A stretch of 64,000 nucleotides of DNA from Vulcanimicrobiota bacterium (GCA_963714015.1 OY970223.1:928001-992000), one strand, 5' to 3'. Positions 10,193 to 20,608 are shown, counted from the first letter of the stretch. Notes: generated by a model from the letters alone, not told the origin. Made by a program: numbers and translations.

Positions 10193-11863
10193 TTACGCGC
10201 CTAGTTCGATGACGCGGTTGCGTCCCGTCCGCTTGGCTTGGTAGAGTGCGCGGTCGGCACGGGCCAGCAGCGAATCCACGGTGTCGCTCACACTCGCGAC
10301 GGCCACGCCGATGCTTGCGGTCAACGGCCGGCCGTCGGCATAGTACAGCTCGCCGGTTTCGACGGCATTGCGAAGCCGCTCGCCTACGGCCAGCGCCATT
10401 TCGCTGGTCGTGTCGGGCATCATCACGACGAACTCCTCGCCCCCGATGCGTCCGGCGCGATCGTGCACGCGGATGTGGCTGCCGATGATCTTGCCGACGG
10501 CGCGCAGGCATTTGTCGCCGGTCTGGTGTCCCATTGCGTCGTTAATCATCTTGAAGTGATCGATGTCCAAGATCAACACCGCACACGGGTTTCCGACCGA
10601 CAGCTGTTCGATCTGCGCGCGCAAATCCAGCATGATGGAGCGCCGGTTCGGCAATCCCGTCAGTGCGTCGAGCGTCGCTGCTTTCTGCGTTGCCGCAATG
10701 GTCCGGAAGTCGCGCAGCAGCGCCGCAAGTTCCGAAGCCGCTTGCACGAAACGCCGCGCCGGCAGGAGCGATGCAGTACGCGCGGGCCGATGGACGACCA
10801 GCGCTCCGAGCAGCTGTTCGTCCGGAGCTCGCGCGGCATATCCGGTGACGCTCCAAATATCCGTCCGCTGCGACGCCGAAGATTCCTCGCCGCGCTGCAG
10901 CTGCGCAAGGACGCGGCGAACGCCGTCGATTTGCACCGCATCCGGCACCGGTCCCAGCGTTGCGAGCGGCGCAAGATGCGCGTCGCCCGGCGACATCGAT
11001 GCGTAAATCTGCAGCGTCTCTTCCGCCGCGGGGGTATGCAGGCTCGAGAGCAGCGAGTTCATCTGCGGCAGCGGATCGCGCGTGCGCAGCATCGCCTGTA
11101 CGGCATCGCGCGCCAGCCGGAGGCGATGCACTTCAGACCGGTAGTTGTTGACCGAACGCAACGCAAATGCAAGGAAGGGAAGCGGGGTAAACGCAGCCAT
11201 GCCCAGAGCCGCGCCGGCGCGCTGCCATATCGTCGTGCAGACGAAGCCCCAGGAAATCGTCAGCAGCGCAAACGCCAGCAGCCGCGTATCGCGCAGCAAT
11301 CCGCGCCAGAGCCGCACGACCGAAAGCGAGCGCCGCGAAAGCGCGTGCAGCGGGAGCCAAACCAAAAAGAAGAACGCAAAGAGCGCAGCCAAATAGAACG
11401 CGACGAAGAGCGCGAATGCCGGCGCTGACAACGCCGGATGCCGCGTTAGAACGAGCGGCGCGATGGTGCCCAGGGCAATCCAGAGCAGCGCTTCGGCCCC
11501 TCCATCCAGAAAGCGGCGCAGCAAGCGCGCACGCCCTTCGGGCGCGACGGAAAATGGATAACTCACCAATGCCAGCGCGGCGGGAGCTTGCCAACCGTAC
11601 ACGGTGAACAGTGTGAGCATCAGGGGAAGCTCGAGCGTGAGCAGGTGCTGTTCCATCGAGCGGCGCCGCTGATATGCCACCGCAAGAATCGGCGAGCTGA
11701 TGCGGTGCAGGGTCACGAGCAGCGCAAAAGAGACCAGGAGTGTCGCCCACCCCGTTGGACCGATTCTTCGAAAGAAATGCGCTTGCAATGCAACCGCAGC
11801 TACCGCGCCTGCCAGCATGCCGGCGCGTATTCCGAAATAGAACGGCCGGCGATAAGGACTCAT
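10193..11863 (-). CDS. Membrane-bound diguanylate cyclase (GGDEF)
   Basis: Multiple N-terminal TMs; DALTGLPNRR, DIDHFKMIND, RVHD I-site, GGEEF, ADRALYQAK. Confidence 0.92.
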   Translation of the reverse strand: MSPYRRPFYFGIRAGMLAGAVAAVALQAHFFRRIGPTGWATLLVSFALLVTLHRISSPILAVAYQRRRSMEQHLLTLELPLMLTLFTVYGWQAPAALALVSYPFSVAPEGRARLLRRFLDGGAEALLWIALGTIAPLVLTRHPALSAPAFALFVAFYLAALFAFFFLVWLPLHALSRRSLSVVRLWRGLLRDTRLLAFALLTISWGFVCTTIWQRAGAALGMAAFTPLPFLAFALRSVNNYRSEVHRLRLARDAVQAMLRTRDPLPQMNSLLSSLHTPAAEETLQIYASMSPGDAHLAPLATLGPVPDAVQIDGVRRVLAQLQRGEESSASQRTDIWSVTGYAARAPDEQLLGALVVHRPARTASLLPARRFVQAASELAALLRDFRTIAATQKAATLDALTGLPNRRSIMLDLRAQIEQLSVGNPCAVLILDIDHFKMINDAMGHQTGDKCLRAVGKIIGSHIRVHDRAGRIGGEEFVVMMPDTTSEMALAVGERLRNAVETGELYYADGRPLTASIGVAVASVSDTVDSLLARADRALYQAKRTGRNRVIELGA

Positions 11864-11873
11864 GCGCGCCCGC

Positions 11874-13403
11874 CTAAGTCAGTGCGGTCTCGATGCGCGG
11901 AAAGAGCGTCTCCCCCGCGCTGGTTTGCGTCCCATGCGCGATTCCGCCCCACACCAAGGCATCGTCCCAATTTGCGTCGATCGATTCCGTCATTCCCAGC
12001 TGCTGCCAAATGACGCGCGCCCGCGCGGGCATGAACGGGGCGAGCAGTATTGCGAGCCACCGCAATCCCTCGCAAAGGTCGTACAGCACAGCGTCCAATT
12101 CGTCGCCCCGGCCCTCTTTATGCAGCGTCCACGGTTTGCGATCTTCGATAGCCCGGTTGAGTGCCGAAACCAATTCCCAAATCGCCTCGAGCGCATCCCG
12201 GAACTGCAGGTCGAAGATTAGGGTGCGCACGCGTTTCGGCAGGTCCCCGAACTGCTCGCCGAACACGCGTCCCGCAACGTTTTCGTCAAACGGCGGTTGG
12301 GGTACGAGTCCGTCCCGATATTTTTTCAGCATGACGAGCGAACGATTCAGCAGATTGCCCAAGTCGTTGCCCAAATCGCTGTTGTAGCGGTGCAGAATCT
12401 TTTCCTCGGAGTACGAAAAGTCGCTGCCGAAATGCGCTTCGCGCAAAAGGAAATACCGCATCGCGTCTGCGCCGAAGCGATCGGCCAGCGCGAAGGGATC
12501 GACGGCGTTTCCCAAACTTTTTCCCATCTTCTGACCTTCGACCGTAATCCAGCCGTGAGCGAAGACCAATTGCGGCGCTTCTTCGCCGATACCCCACAGA
12601 ATCGCCGGCCAAATCAGCGTGTGGAAGCGCGCGATCTCTTTGCCGATGAGCTGTACGCTCGCAGGCCAAAAGGTCCTGAAGTTGGAGCCGTCCGGCCAGC
12701 CAAGCGCCGAAATGTAGTTCAGCAGCGCGTCGAACCATACGTAAATGACGCCGCCGCCGCCCGGAACGGGAATGCCCCATGCCAGATTGGTGCGCGAGAT
12801 GCTTAGGTCGTCCAAGCCTTCCTCGAGCAGCGCCATCATCTCGTTGTAGACTGCGCGCGGACGCACCCAGTCCGGATGATCGATATAATACTGCTTGAGC
12901 CGTTCGTTGTACTTGGACAACCTGAAGAACCAGTCGTCCTCGGAGAGCCACTGCACCGGACGCCCGCACGTGGGACATTTGCCGTCGACGAGTTTGGATT
13001 CGAGCCAAAACGTCTCGTCGTGAACGCAGTACCAGCCTTCATATTTGCCGAGATAGACGTCGCCGTTCTCGCGCAGTCTTTCAAATACCGACTGCACCAC
13101 GCGTTGATGCCGGGTTTGCGTCGTGCGTATGAAGTCGTCGTAAGCGACCTCGTATCGTTTGAACAGGTCTTGCCAGCGCGGAACCAGGTCGTCGCACCAC
13201 TCCTGCGGAGACTTGCCGGCCGCCGCCGCGGCGTCTGCGACTTTTTGGCCGTGCTCGTCCGTACCGGTCAGGAAATATGCTTGCCCGTGCGCTCGCGCGG
13301 TACGCGCCAAAACGTCCGCCACAATCGTCGTGTAAGCGTGACCGATGTGTGGATTGCCGCTGATGTAATAAATGGGCGTGGTCACGTAAAACGGACGGCT
13401 CAT
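11874..13403 (-). CDS. metG: Methionine--tRNA ligase (short form)
   Basis: FYVTTPIYY, HIGH, TGTDEHGQK, YVWFDALLNY, KMGKS; start reassigned to ATG 13403. Confidence 0.96.
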   Translation of the reverse strand: MSRPFYVTTPIYYISGNPHIGHAYTTIVADVLARTARAHGQAYFLTGTDEHGQKVADAAAAAGKSPQEWCDDLVPRWQDLFKRYEVAYDDFIRTTQTRHQRVVQSVFERLRENGDVYLGKYEGWYCVHDETFWLESKLVDGKCPTCGRPVQWLSEDDWFFRLSKYNERLKQYYIDHPDWVRPRAVYNEMMALLEEGLDDLSISRTNLAWGIPVPGGGGVIYVWFDALLNYISALGWPDGSNFRTFWPASVQLIGKEIARFHTLIWPAILWGIGEEAPQLVFAHGWITVEGQKMGKSLGNAVDPFALADRFGADAMRYFLLREAHFGSDFSYSEEKILHRYNSDLGNDLGNLLNRSLVMLKKYRDGLVPQPPFDENVAGRVFGEQFGDLPKRVRTLIFDLQFRDALEAIWELVSALNRAIEDRKPWTLHKEGRGDELDAVLYDLCEGLRWLAILLAPFMPARARVIWQQLGMTESIDANWDDALVWGGIAHGTQTSAGETLFPRIETALT

Positions 13404-13413
13404 GCGCTCTCCT

Positions 13414-14268
13414 CTATTGCGGTTTTGGCAAGACGTCCCCTCGCAGCCGCTTGCGGTCGCCGGCCCGCGCATAAAGATGACGCCGCGCGCCGAGGCCCCG
13501 TTCGGAAAGCGCCTTCGCGATAGCCGACACGGCGGTGCCCGCATCCAGCAGCACGTCGATCTCGCGATCCACGTCGGCCTGCGCCGGAGCAGCCGGTAAG
13601 GCCGCAAGCGACGGACGAATCGCCAGCGCGATTTCACCGCGCACGGGCTCAGGCAATTCCGCGGCGACTTGGGCGGCTTTGCCGGCGATTTGCTGCTCGT
13701 AGCGTTTGGTGTACTCCCGCAACAAGAAAACGTCGGCTTGCGGATCCACGGCCTCGACGTCCGAAAGGAACGCGACAATCCGCTGCGGCGACTCGTACCA
13801 GATGCTCGGTACCCCGAGGGCGAAGCTTTGTGCCAGCGCTTCGCGGCGCGGTCCGGACGAGCGCGGCGCGAACCCTTCGAAGACGAAGCGCCGCAAGGGG
13901 AAGCCCGAAAGCACGGCGGCTCCTATCGCGGCGCTGGCACCGGGGAGCACTTCGATTGGTATGTCGCGCTCGCGCGCCAAGGCAACGAGCTCGTTGCCCG
14001 GGTCCGAGATTCCGGGCATGCCGGCGTCGGTGACGACGGCAACCAGCTCGCTCCGAGCGCGATCCAAAATCCCCGAAGCCGCCGCCTGCGCGTTGTGTTC
14101 GTGATAACTCCAGATCTCTTTTCCCGGCAGCCCGAGGGCGCTGAGCAGTTTGCGCGCAACGCGCGAATCCTCTGCGACGAGCAGATCGCATTCTTTCAAA
14201 ACGTCGAGCGAGCGCAAGGTGACGTCGCGAAGGTTGCCCAGCGGCGTCGGAACGAAGACGAGCGGCAT
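13414..14268 (-). CDS. rsmI: 16S rRNA (cytidine1402-2'-O)-methyltransferase
   Basis: VPTPLGNLRDVT, AEDSR, DAGMPGISDPG, YESPQR, REYTKRYE, RGE. Confidence 0.95.
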   Translation of the reverse strand: MPLVFVPTPLGNLRDVTLRSLDVLKECDLLVAEDSRVARKLLSALGLPGKEIWSYHEHNAQAAASGILDRARSELVAVVTDAGMPGISDPGNELVALARERDIPIEVLPGASAAIGAAVLSGFPLRRFVFEGFAPRSSGPRREALAQSFALGVPSIWYESPQRIVAFLSDVEAVDPQADVFLLREYTKRYEQQIAGKAAQVAAELPEPVRGEIALAIRPSLAALPAAPAQADVDREIDVLLDAGTAVSAIAKALSERGLGARRHLYARAGDRKRLRGDVLPKPQ

Positions 14269-14539
14269 GGCTGGGCAATTCGACCCGCGGCGCATCCCTC
14301 CGGGCGCCAAGCTGGAGCTCTTTATCAGCCCGAGCTGCCCGTACTGCCGCGAGGCCATGGCCTTCTACGATTCCGCCGGCCTGCCTTACAGCACTCACGA
14401 TGCTCAAAACGATTCTGCGGCGCGGACCCGGATGTTCTCTTACACCGGCGGCGACCCGACGGTTCCGGCGATCGTCGTGGACGGAATCTACCGTCAATCG
14501 GGTTGGGGAAGCCCGCCCCGGGGCTGAACGGTACATTAA
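14267..14539 (+). CDS. Glutaredoxin-like protein, probable C-terminal selenoprotein (UGA 14525-14527 read as Sec; otherwise ends at 14527)
   Basis: CPYC, TVPAIVVDG, tail GWGSPPRG-TGA-TVH-TAA followed by a SECIS-like hairpin. Confidence 0.8.
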
Positions 14540-14543
14540 CTTC

Positions 14544-14561
14544 GCTGTCCGGTCGGGCAGC
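14544..14561 (+). promoter_or_regulatory. Candidate bacterial SECIS element
   Basis: Stem GCTGTCC/GGGCAGC with GGTC loop; stem starts 16 nt after the in-frame TGA. Confidence 0.65.
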
Positions 14562-14620
14562 ACCATCAACGAACGTTAACGGCCCCGGCCGTTCACGCCG
14601 ATATTCCAAACGCAGGCTTC

Positions 14621-16216
14621 ATGATTCGCACACGCACACTGCCGCGTTTGGCACCATCGACCGTTCGCAGGCCGCGTTTAGAACGCTGGCTGGCGACGCA
14701 CGTCGCCGTTCCGCTGCGCTTGCTGGTTGCACCGGCCGGATCCGGCAAGACGACGCTGCTGCTCAAGTATTTGCCGAACAGCGTCGTGGACGCGGCGTAT
14801 TGCGCCCTGCCGCCCAATTGCAATGCGACTACACTCCGGGAAGCCGTCGCGGCGGCGTTTGCCCTTCCGCGCGTGCCGCCTTCGTACGACGACCTCGTCA
14901 TGGCTCTGCGCTCTCTCGTCTTTGAACCGACGGAGCTGGCCGTCGACGACGTCGACAACGCCTCACCCGAAGCGATGGACGAACTGCGCCGCCTGATTGA
15001 AGACGCGCCCGAGCATCTGACGTTCATCTATACTTCGCGTTCGCGCGACGCCATCGACGCCAAGACCTGGATAGCGCGCGGGCTGGCGGTCCTCTGCGAT
15101 CACCGGCGGCTCGCGTTCGATTCGGCGGAGACCGAACTGCTCGCCGAAACCTGCGGAGTAGCTTCGTCCCATCTGGACATCGGCCGGCTGCTCGAAGAGA
15201 GCGATGGTTGGGCTATCGTCGCTTGCGGCGCCGTTCGGGCCGTGGCCGAAGACGGCCGGTCGCTGAGCGACGCCTACGAACACTGGCGTGGGCGTTACGG
15301 ACAGCTGTTCACCGAATTCATCGCCGCCGAACTGGAACGCGCTCCCGAAGAAGATCGCGCGCTCGTGCGCAGTCTCATCGCGGGCGCAACCGCCGACGAT
15401 CAGGAACGCCTCCATGCGCTGGAGATGCAGGGCTTGTTCGTCGTCGGCGACGACGACGGGTATCGTCCTCTTCGCCCTATCCGGCAACTGCGCGGCCGAG
15501 GACGCTTGGCGCCCAGCGCGCGGCTTTCACCACTCGTGGTCAGGATGTTCGGCAGATTCACGGCCCAGATCGAATCGCAGGAAGTAAACTGGATCCGGCG
15601 GCGCGATCAGCAGTTCATCAAATACTTGCTTCTCAAGCCGTCGGGTTCGGCCACTCGCGCCGAGCTCGCTTCGATATTTTGGCCGGACGCCGATCGGCAA
15701 CTGGCGGCGCAGAGCGTACGCACGGCGTGCAGCAACATTCGCAAAGCGATCGCCGCGCAAGTCGGCTATGCGTGCGTGGATCTCTATTTCCGAGCCGATC
15801 CGGACGTCGCGCTGAACCTTACGAACGTGGTCGCAGACGTCCGCCGTTTCACCGCGCACGTCGCAGACGGCGATTCCGGTTTCGATCGCGGCGACACGCA
15901 GGAAGCGGCCGTTCACTATCGCGCCGCTGAAGAACTCTACACGGGCCGTTTGCTCGATGGCGACGTACCCGAGCCGTGGTTCTCGGGCCATGCGCAGCTC
16001 CTCGAGGACCGTTACGTCATCGTGCTCGAACGTTTGGCGCAGACTGCGTTCGACGAAGGCGATATGAAGAGCGCCGCAGAGTACGCCTATCGCGTACAGC
16101 GCATTCGCCCCGACGCGAGCGGTCTGGTCAAGATGCTCGGCCAGATCACGCCGCAATATTCGGGTGCCGAGTCGGGCGCATTCGAGAATCGCCGGCGCAA
16201 AAGCGCCGGTGCGTAA
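14621..16216 (+). CDS. Transcriptional activator: MalT-like P-loop domain + winged HTH + BTAD (regulator 1)
   Basis: RRPRL..APAGSGKTTL; TRAELASIFWPD..SVRTACSNIRKA; ADVRRF; LYTGRLLDG..PWF. Confidence 0.85.
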   Translation: MIRTRTLPRLAPSTVRRPRLERWLATHVAVPLRLLVAPAGSGKTTLLLKYLPNSVVDAAYCALPPNCNATTLREAVAAAFALPRVPPSYDDLVMALRSLVFEPTELAVDDVDNASPEAMDELRRLIEDAPEHLTFIYTSRSRDAIDAKTWIARGLAVLCDHRRLAFDSAETELLAETCGVASSHLDIGRLLEESDGWAIVACGAVRAVAEDGRSLSDAYEHWRGRYGQLFTEFIAAELERAPEEDRALVRSLIAGATADDQERLHALEMQGLFVVGDDDGYRPLRPIRQLRGRGRLAPSARLSPLVVRMFGRFTAQIESQEVNWIRRRDQQFIKYLLLKPSGSATRAELASIFWPDADRQLAAQSVRTACSNIRKAIAAQVGYACVDLYFRADPDVALNLTNVVADVRRFTAHVADGDSGFDRGDTQEAAVHYRAAEELYTGRLLDGDVPEPWFSGHAQLLEDRYVIVLERLAQTAFDEGDMKSAAEYAYRVQRIRPDASGLVKMLGQITPQYSGAESGAFENRRRKSAGA

Positions 16217-17637
16217 GCACCTCCCTGCAATCGCCGCTATCGCGGCGACCTGTCTACTGCTGTGCTGGCAGACGTTTTCTCTGAGCCGCGGTCATGCGCT
16301 GCTCGGGGATTTTCGCGCATTTTACTGCGGTGGAAGGGTCGTCGCACACGGCGGAAATCCGTACGCCGCGGCACCCATCATGGCATGCGAATCGACTCCG
16401 CAGCCGTTCGGACTCCACAAATCGCCGCATGGTTTGGCGGAGCCCGTTCCATATCCGGGATACGCTTTCGCGCTCTTCGTGCCGTTTGCACTGCTGCCGT
16501 ACGTGCCGGCCGCGCTGCTGTGGACCGTCTTCATGATCGGCGCGTTGCTCGCTGCATGCGCGCTTCTGGCGCGCATCGTGGATCGGCCCTTCGCGAGCGC
16601 ACTCGCCGTCTTTGCGTTGGGATTCTCCGTTGCGATATGGCCTTATGGCGAAGTTGCCCCGCTGGGAGTTTTCGGTCTCGCGCTTGCCGCCTATTTGCTG
16701 CGTTCGGCTCGTCCGGCGCTCGCCGCACTTGCGCTCTGCTGCGCGGCCATACTTCCGCACGTCGCCGCCCCCGCATTCGCGGCCCTCTTCGTTTGGGAGC
16801 GCCGTTCGCGCATTGCGCTGATTGCCGCATGCGCGGCGCTGATCGCTTTCGATCTTGCCGTCGGAGGACCGGAGCTGGCCTTCAGCTACTTTGCACGCGT
16901 GCTGCCGGCACATTCGCAATCCGAGATCGGGTACGTCACGCAGTACGGTTTAACGTGGCTGCTTCACGCGCTCGGCGCCTCGAATGGCGCCGCCGTTGCT
17001 GCCGGAGACCTGTCCTACGCGGTAATGACCGTTTGCGGAATTTGGCTCGGCGGCGCGCTCGCCAAAAAGTACGCGGATCCCGCTTTCGTCGTGCTGCTTC
17101 CGGCCGCGTTCGCGCTGATCGGCGGACCGTTCGTGCACTACTCGGAGATCACGCTGGCTCTTCCGGCGTTGATGCTGTTCTACGCGCGTACGACCGGCCG
17201 TTTGCGGATCGGCCTTGCCGCTTCGCTGCTGCTGGTCGCCCTGCCGTGGCAGTCGTCGCTGCAAATCGAGTCTCGTTGCGGCGATCGTCGCAGCCTCGTT
17301 TGCGGTGGCCAGGCTGTACCTGCGACTTACGCCGCTTGCGGCGCTTCGCATCGCGCTGGTAACTGTAGCGTGGTGCGCCGTGGTGGTCGGGACGGGAGCC
17401 GCGTTCGGCGCGCAGCTTTCGGCCGGCGCGGCGCCGCACTTGGATCCGCATCTGGCGCAAGCGACATGGGCGGAATACGTGCGGACGAACATCTCCAGCG
17501 TGGGCATCGTGTGGATTCTCGCCAAGCTGCCGACTTGGACCGGCCTGGTGCTGCTAGCGGCTTGCGGTGCGTATGCCGTCGTGAAGAAAGATCTCGAACC
17601 GGCGGTCGCGATAAAACAGGCGCCAGTCGAGTCGTAG
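16209..17637 (+). CDS. GT87/DUF2029-like polytopic glycosyltransferase (frameshift near 17265)
   Basis: TM then GDFRAFYCGG, PYPGY..LFVPFALLP, many TMs; paralog of 45458-46882. Confidence 0.65.
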
Positions 17638-18967
17638 CGCGAGCGCTTGCGCGAGCGGCCGTCCGCTTTTCACGAGCACCGCGTCGGTGCCGTACCGATT
17701 CAGCAAACCATTCCAGCGCGGCGAAAGGTTTTGGACCGCCACGTAATCGTTCCATACCTGCTTGGGAAACGGGTCGCAGCGGCCGTCCACGAACGTGCGC
17801 AAGTTGTCGTAACGAAGCGCTAAACTGCACCAAGCAAAGTCTTCGCAGTACAGATTGTGCATGCCGGGCAGTCGCCCAAGCGCGGCAACCGCCGTACGCG
17901 GCAGATTAACGGCGGCAACTGCCGGAACTCGCGAGAGATTCACGACAATCGTAACGATGGCCAGAGCGGTCGCGCTGAAGACGAGCACTTCGCTGAAGCG
18001 TTCGTGCAAGACGACGTTGATTCGCATGTGCGAAGGCAGGACGGTGCTCAAGCGCTGCGCGGCCATCGGCGCAATGATGAGGGCCGCAAGCGGCAGATGC
18101 CGGACCGCCGCAAACGCCATCACGCAAGCCAGGGCAAACTGCATCCCGTCGCGCCAGCGTTCCCGCGGCGCCGCGATACCGAAATACGCGCAGATCCCAA
18201 GGAGCGGAAGAACGCCGCCGGCGAGCGCGGCGAAGAGAATGTCGCTCGGCTGCCATTCCGTGATCGTGGCCCGAATCGTGCTGGTCTCAAGGCCAAATGC
18301 GTAGGCCGGAAGCTGCCAGAGCAACGGCGTCAGAAACACCGCGAAAACGCAGCCGGCAGTTAGGACTGCATTGCGCTCGACGCGTTCGGTCCAGCGGCGA
18401 TCCTCGATCAGCGTTCCGGCCGTCCAGGCGCCCACGATTACCGGCGCGATCATTGCGCTGGCATGCAGATTGGCCCAGAGCGCAACGATCGGGATGATCC
18501 AGAAAAGCCAAGCGTTCTCGAGATCGAGCAGCAGAAGTATCAAAGCCAGCAGCGGCCAGCCGAAAATTTGGGCACGCACGCCGAACGACTGCAGCATCGC
18601 GAGTCCCGTCAGTGTGGTCGTCAGTGCGATTGCAACGGTCGACGAACCGCGCCGGTACGATCGCCAAGCCGTAAGCAGAAGCGCGAGCGCCGCCGCCAGT
18701 GCGCTGAGAAATGCAAGGCTGCCGAAGCGGCCCTGCGGCAGCGTCGATGCAACCGCGAGGCTGAATGCCCATTCCTGCGGCACCCATTTGGCGCCGGCCG
18801 ACGTGAACGTCTCCGGTCCGAGCGAGTGCGGCAGCTGATGCGCCTGGATGACCTTCGCGCCGAGCCATTGCTGCCAGGCAAGATCGCCGTCTTGTCCCGG
18901 ATAGAACCATGCCGCCACCGACGAAACGCGCGAAAAAAATCGCCGCGACGGCCCACGCGATTCTCAT
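17554..18967 (-). CDS. Polytopic membrane protein, GT-C-like (frameshift near 18920)
   Basis: DGDLAWQQWLG, WVPQEWAF, LWANLHAS, ITEWQP, FVDGRCDPF pattern with about 10 TMs. Confidence 0.6.
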
Positions 18968-20263
18968 TCGCCCGCGCCTCTTACGAGCAAAACGCGCGTG
19001 CCTTCCCTCGCGCTGGGCCGCCAGCCCTGCGCGAGCAGAAGCGTTGCGATCGAGTCGTCTTTTTCGGCGACGACTTCGTCGACCGCGTTGGCTGCCAGCT
19101 CTTTGCTCCAATTTCCGCTTAGGTGCGTGACGTCAAATTGAAGGCGATGCATCCTTCGCCGCGCTATCCCGGCGCGATCGTCGAGCACTGCGCCCGCAAG
19201 CCCGTCGCACCATCGGCGGATTCTGGCAGAGAATAGCGCGCGATGGGTCTTCGGCGGATGCCGAGCCGATTAGCGTCTGCGGCGAATCCGCCGGCAACCG
19301 CCACTGGGCGATCTTCGGTTCGTTCGCAGTCAGCACGGCAGCGAAAACTGCGGCTGCGGCGATGAACGTGACGAAATACTGGCGAACCGATCCCACCGGA
19401 AACGTGCGAACGTTCAGGTAGAAGCTCGCCGCCGCATCAGCTGCAATGGGTGCTGCGACGATCCCGAAGTACGGCAGATTGCGAGCGTCGAGCAGCGAAA
19501 GGACGAGGAGTGCGAAGAAGCTGAGCGCTTCGAACGCCTGAGCTCGCCGGCGAATGCCGTACCACGCAGCAACGATGATGACGAGGCAAAATCCGATTGC
19601 AGAGGCGGTCGACGCATCGCCCCAAATGCGATCCCGCAACGCGCCGAGCGTAAGAGAATCCAGGTAGAGCGCGTGCGGGCCGTATGCGTGCCACGGGAGC
19701 GCACGCAGCTGCAGCGATCCGGCGATACAGCAGGCCCCCGCGACGAGTGCTTTGCGCCGGACGCGCGCGCCGAACGCGCGCTCGTCGACAAGCGCACCGA
19801 TAAATGCGAGAACGGCGAGCAAAGCGCCGAGTGTCGCGCCACCCTGCAGCAGCGACCAAATGACGACCAGCGCGACGGTATTTATTGCCGACGCGTCGTC
19901 ATCGCGATCGAGCAGCAGACAGACACCCGCGGCGCAAACCCACCCAATGGGATCGAGACTCACGCCGAGTCGCGACGTGAAGCAGAGCACCGCCAACACC
20001 GCCGCCAACGACGCATACCAATCGGATGCACCCCGTACGCGCGTGCGCCACGCCACCAGCACGACGGCGGCCGCCGTGAGAATCGCGCAAAGCGCCAGCA
20101 CGAAAGAGTATCCGAGCGCGCCGAGCATCGCGCCGAAGAGCGGGCCGCCCAGCAAATTCGGATCCCGTAGTTGAACGAAAAACTCCGGGAGTGTCGAGGC
20201 GTGCGTTACGACGGCAGTGCCGATTGCGAATGCGACGATTGCGGGGCAGAAGCGTCCATTCAT
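18964..20263 (-). CDS. Polytopic membrane protein, divergent paralog of 17554-18967 (frameshift near 19200)
   Basis: Shared segments AWRTRVRGAS, IWSLLQGG, ARNLPYF, LDDRAG; hydrophobic throughout. Confidence 0.55.
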
Positions 20264-20604
20264 TCCAAAGTTAGGCGGTCGCCCACGAGGACGTCCCGGC
20301 CCTCCAATGCTCCGGCTCCCAGTTCCACGACGCTGCGCGCGCCGAAGTGGGAGACGAACGGACGATGCCGCCCGACTTGACGTTTGGTCGCGACGACGCA
20401 TCCTTCGTCATCCAGAAAAAGCACGTCCAACCGGGCGCGCATGCCGATGGTATGGATCGCCCAGCAGTCGCGAAACCAAAGTCCATCGTCGGGATCGACG
20501 ACGGGCTTGGGAATAAAACCGGTCAGGCGGTTCCACCAAGTGTCGGCATAGTGAACGTTTTCGGCGATGATTTGGCCGGTCGTCGCGTTACGCAAAATGC
20601 TCAT
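20260..20604 (-). CDS. DUF192 family protein
   Basis: ADTWWNRLTG, GLWFRDCWAIHTIGMR..LDVLFLD, ARSVVELGAG. Confidence 0.85.
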   Translation of the reverse strand: MSILRNATTGQIIAENVHYADTWWNRLTGFIPKPVVDPDDGLWFRDCWAIHTIGMRARLDVLFLDDEGCVVATKRQVGRHRPFVSHFGARSVVELGAGALEGRDVLVGDRLTLE

Positions 20605-20608
20605 GGGC

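Noticed and set aside
13404..13778. N-terminal extension of MetG
   Set aside because: It overlaps rsmI in another frame; MetG homology starts at MSRPFYVTT
13669..14925. Long shadow ORFs (this one, 10238-11428, 45357-46580, 58619-59827 and others)
   Set aside because: Antisense or alternate-frame ORFs over well-supported genes, expected in high-GC DNA, with no motifs
16164..17909. 581-aa ORF with an Arg-rich tail
   Set aside because: The tail is out of frame; the hydrophobic C-terminus matching the paralog is in 17215-17637
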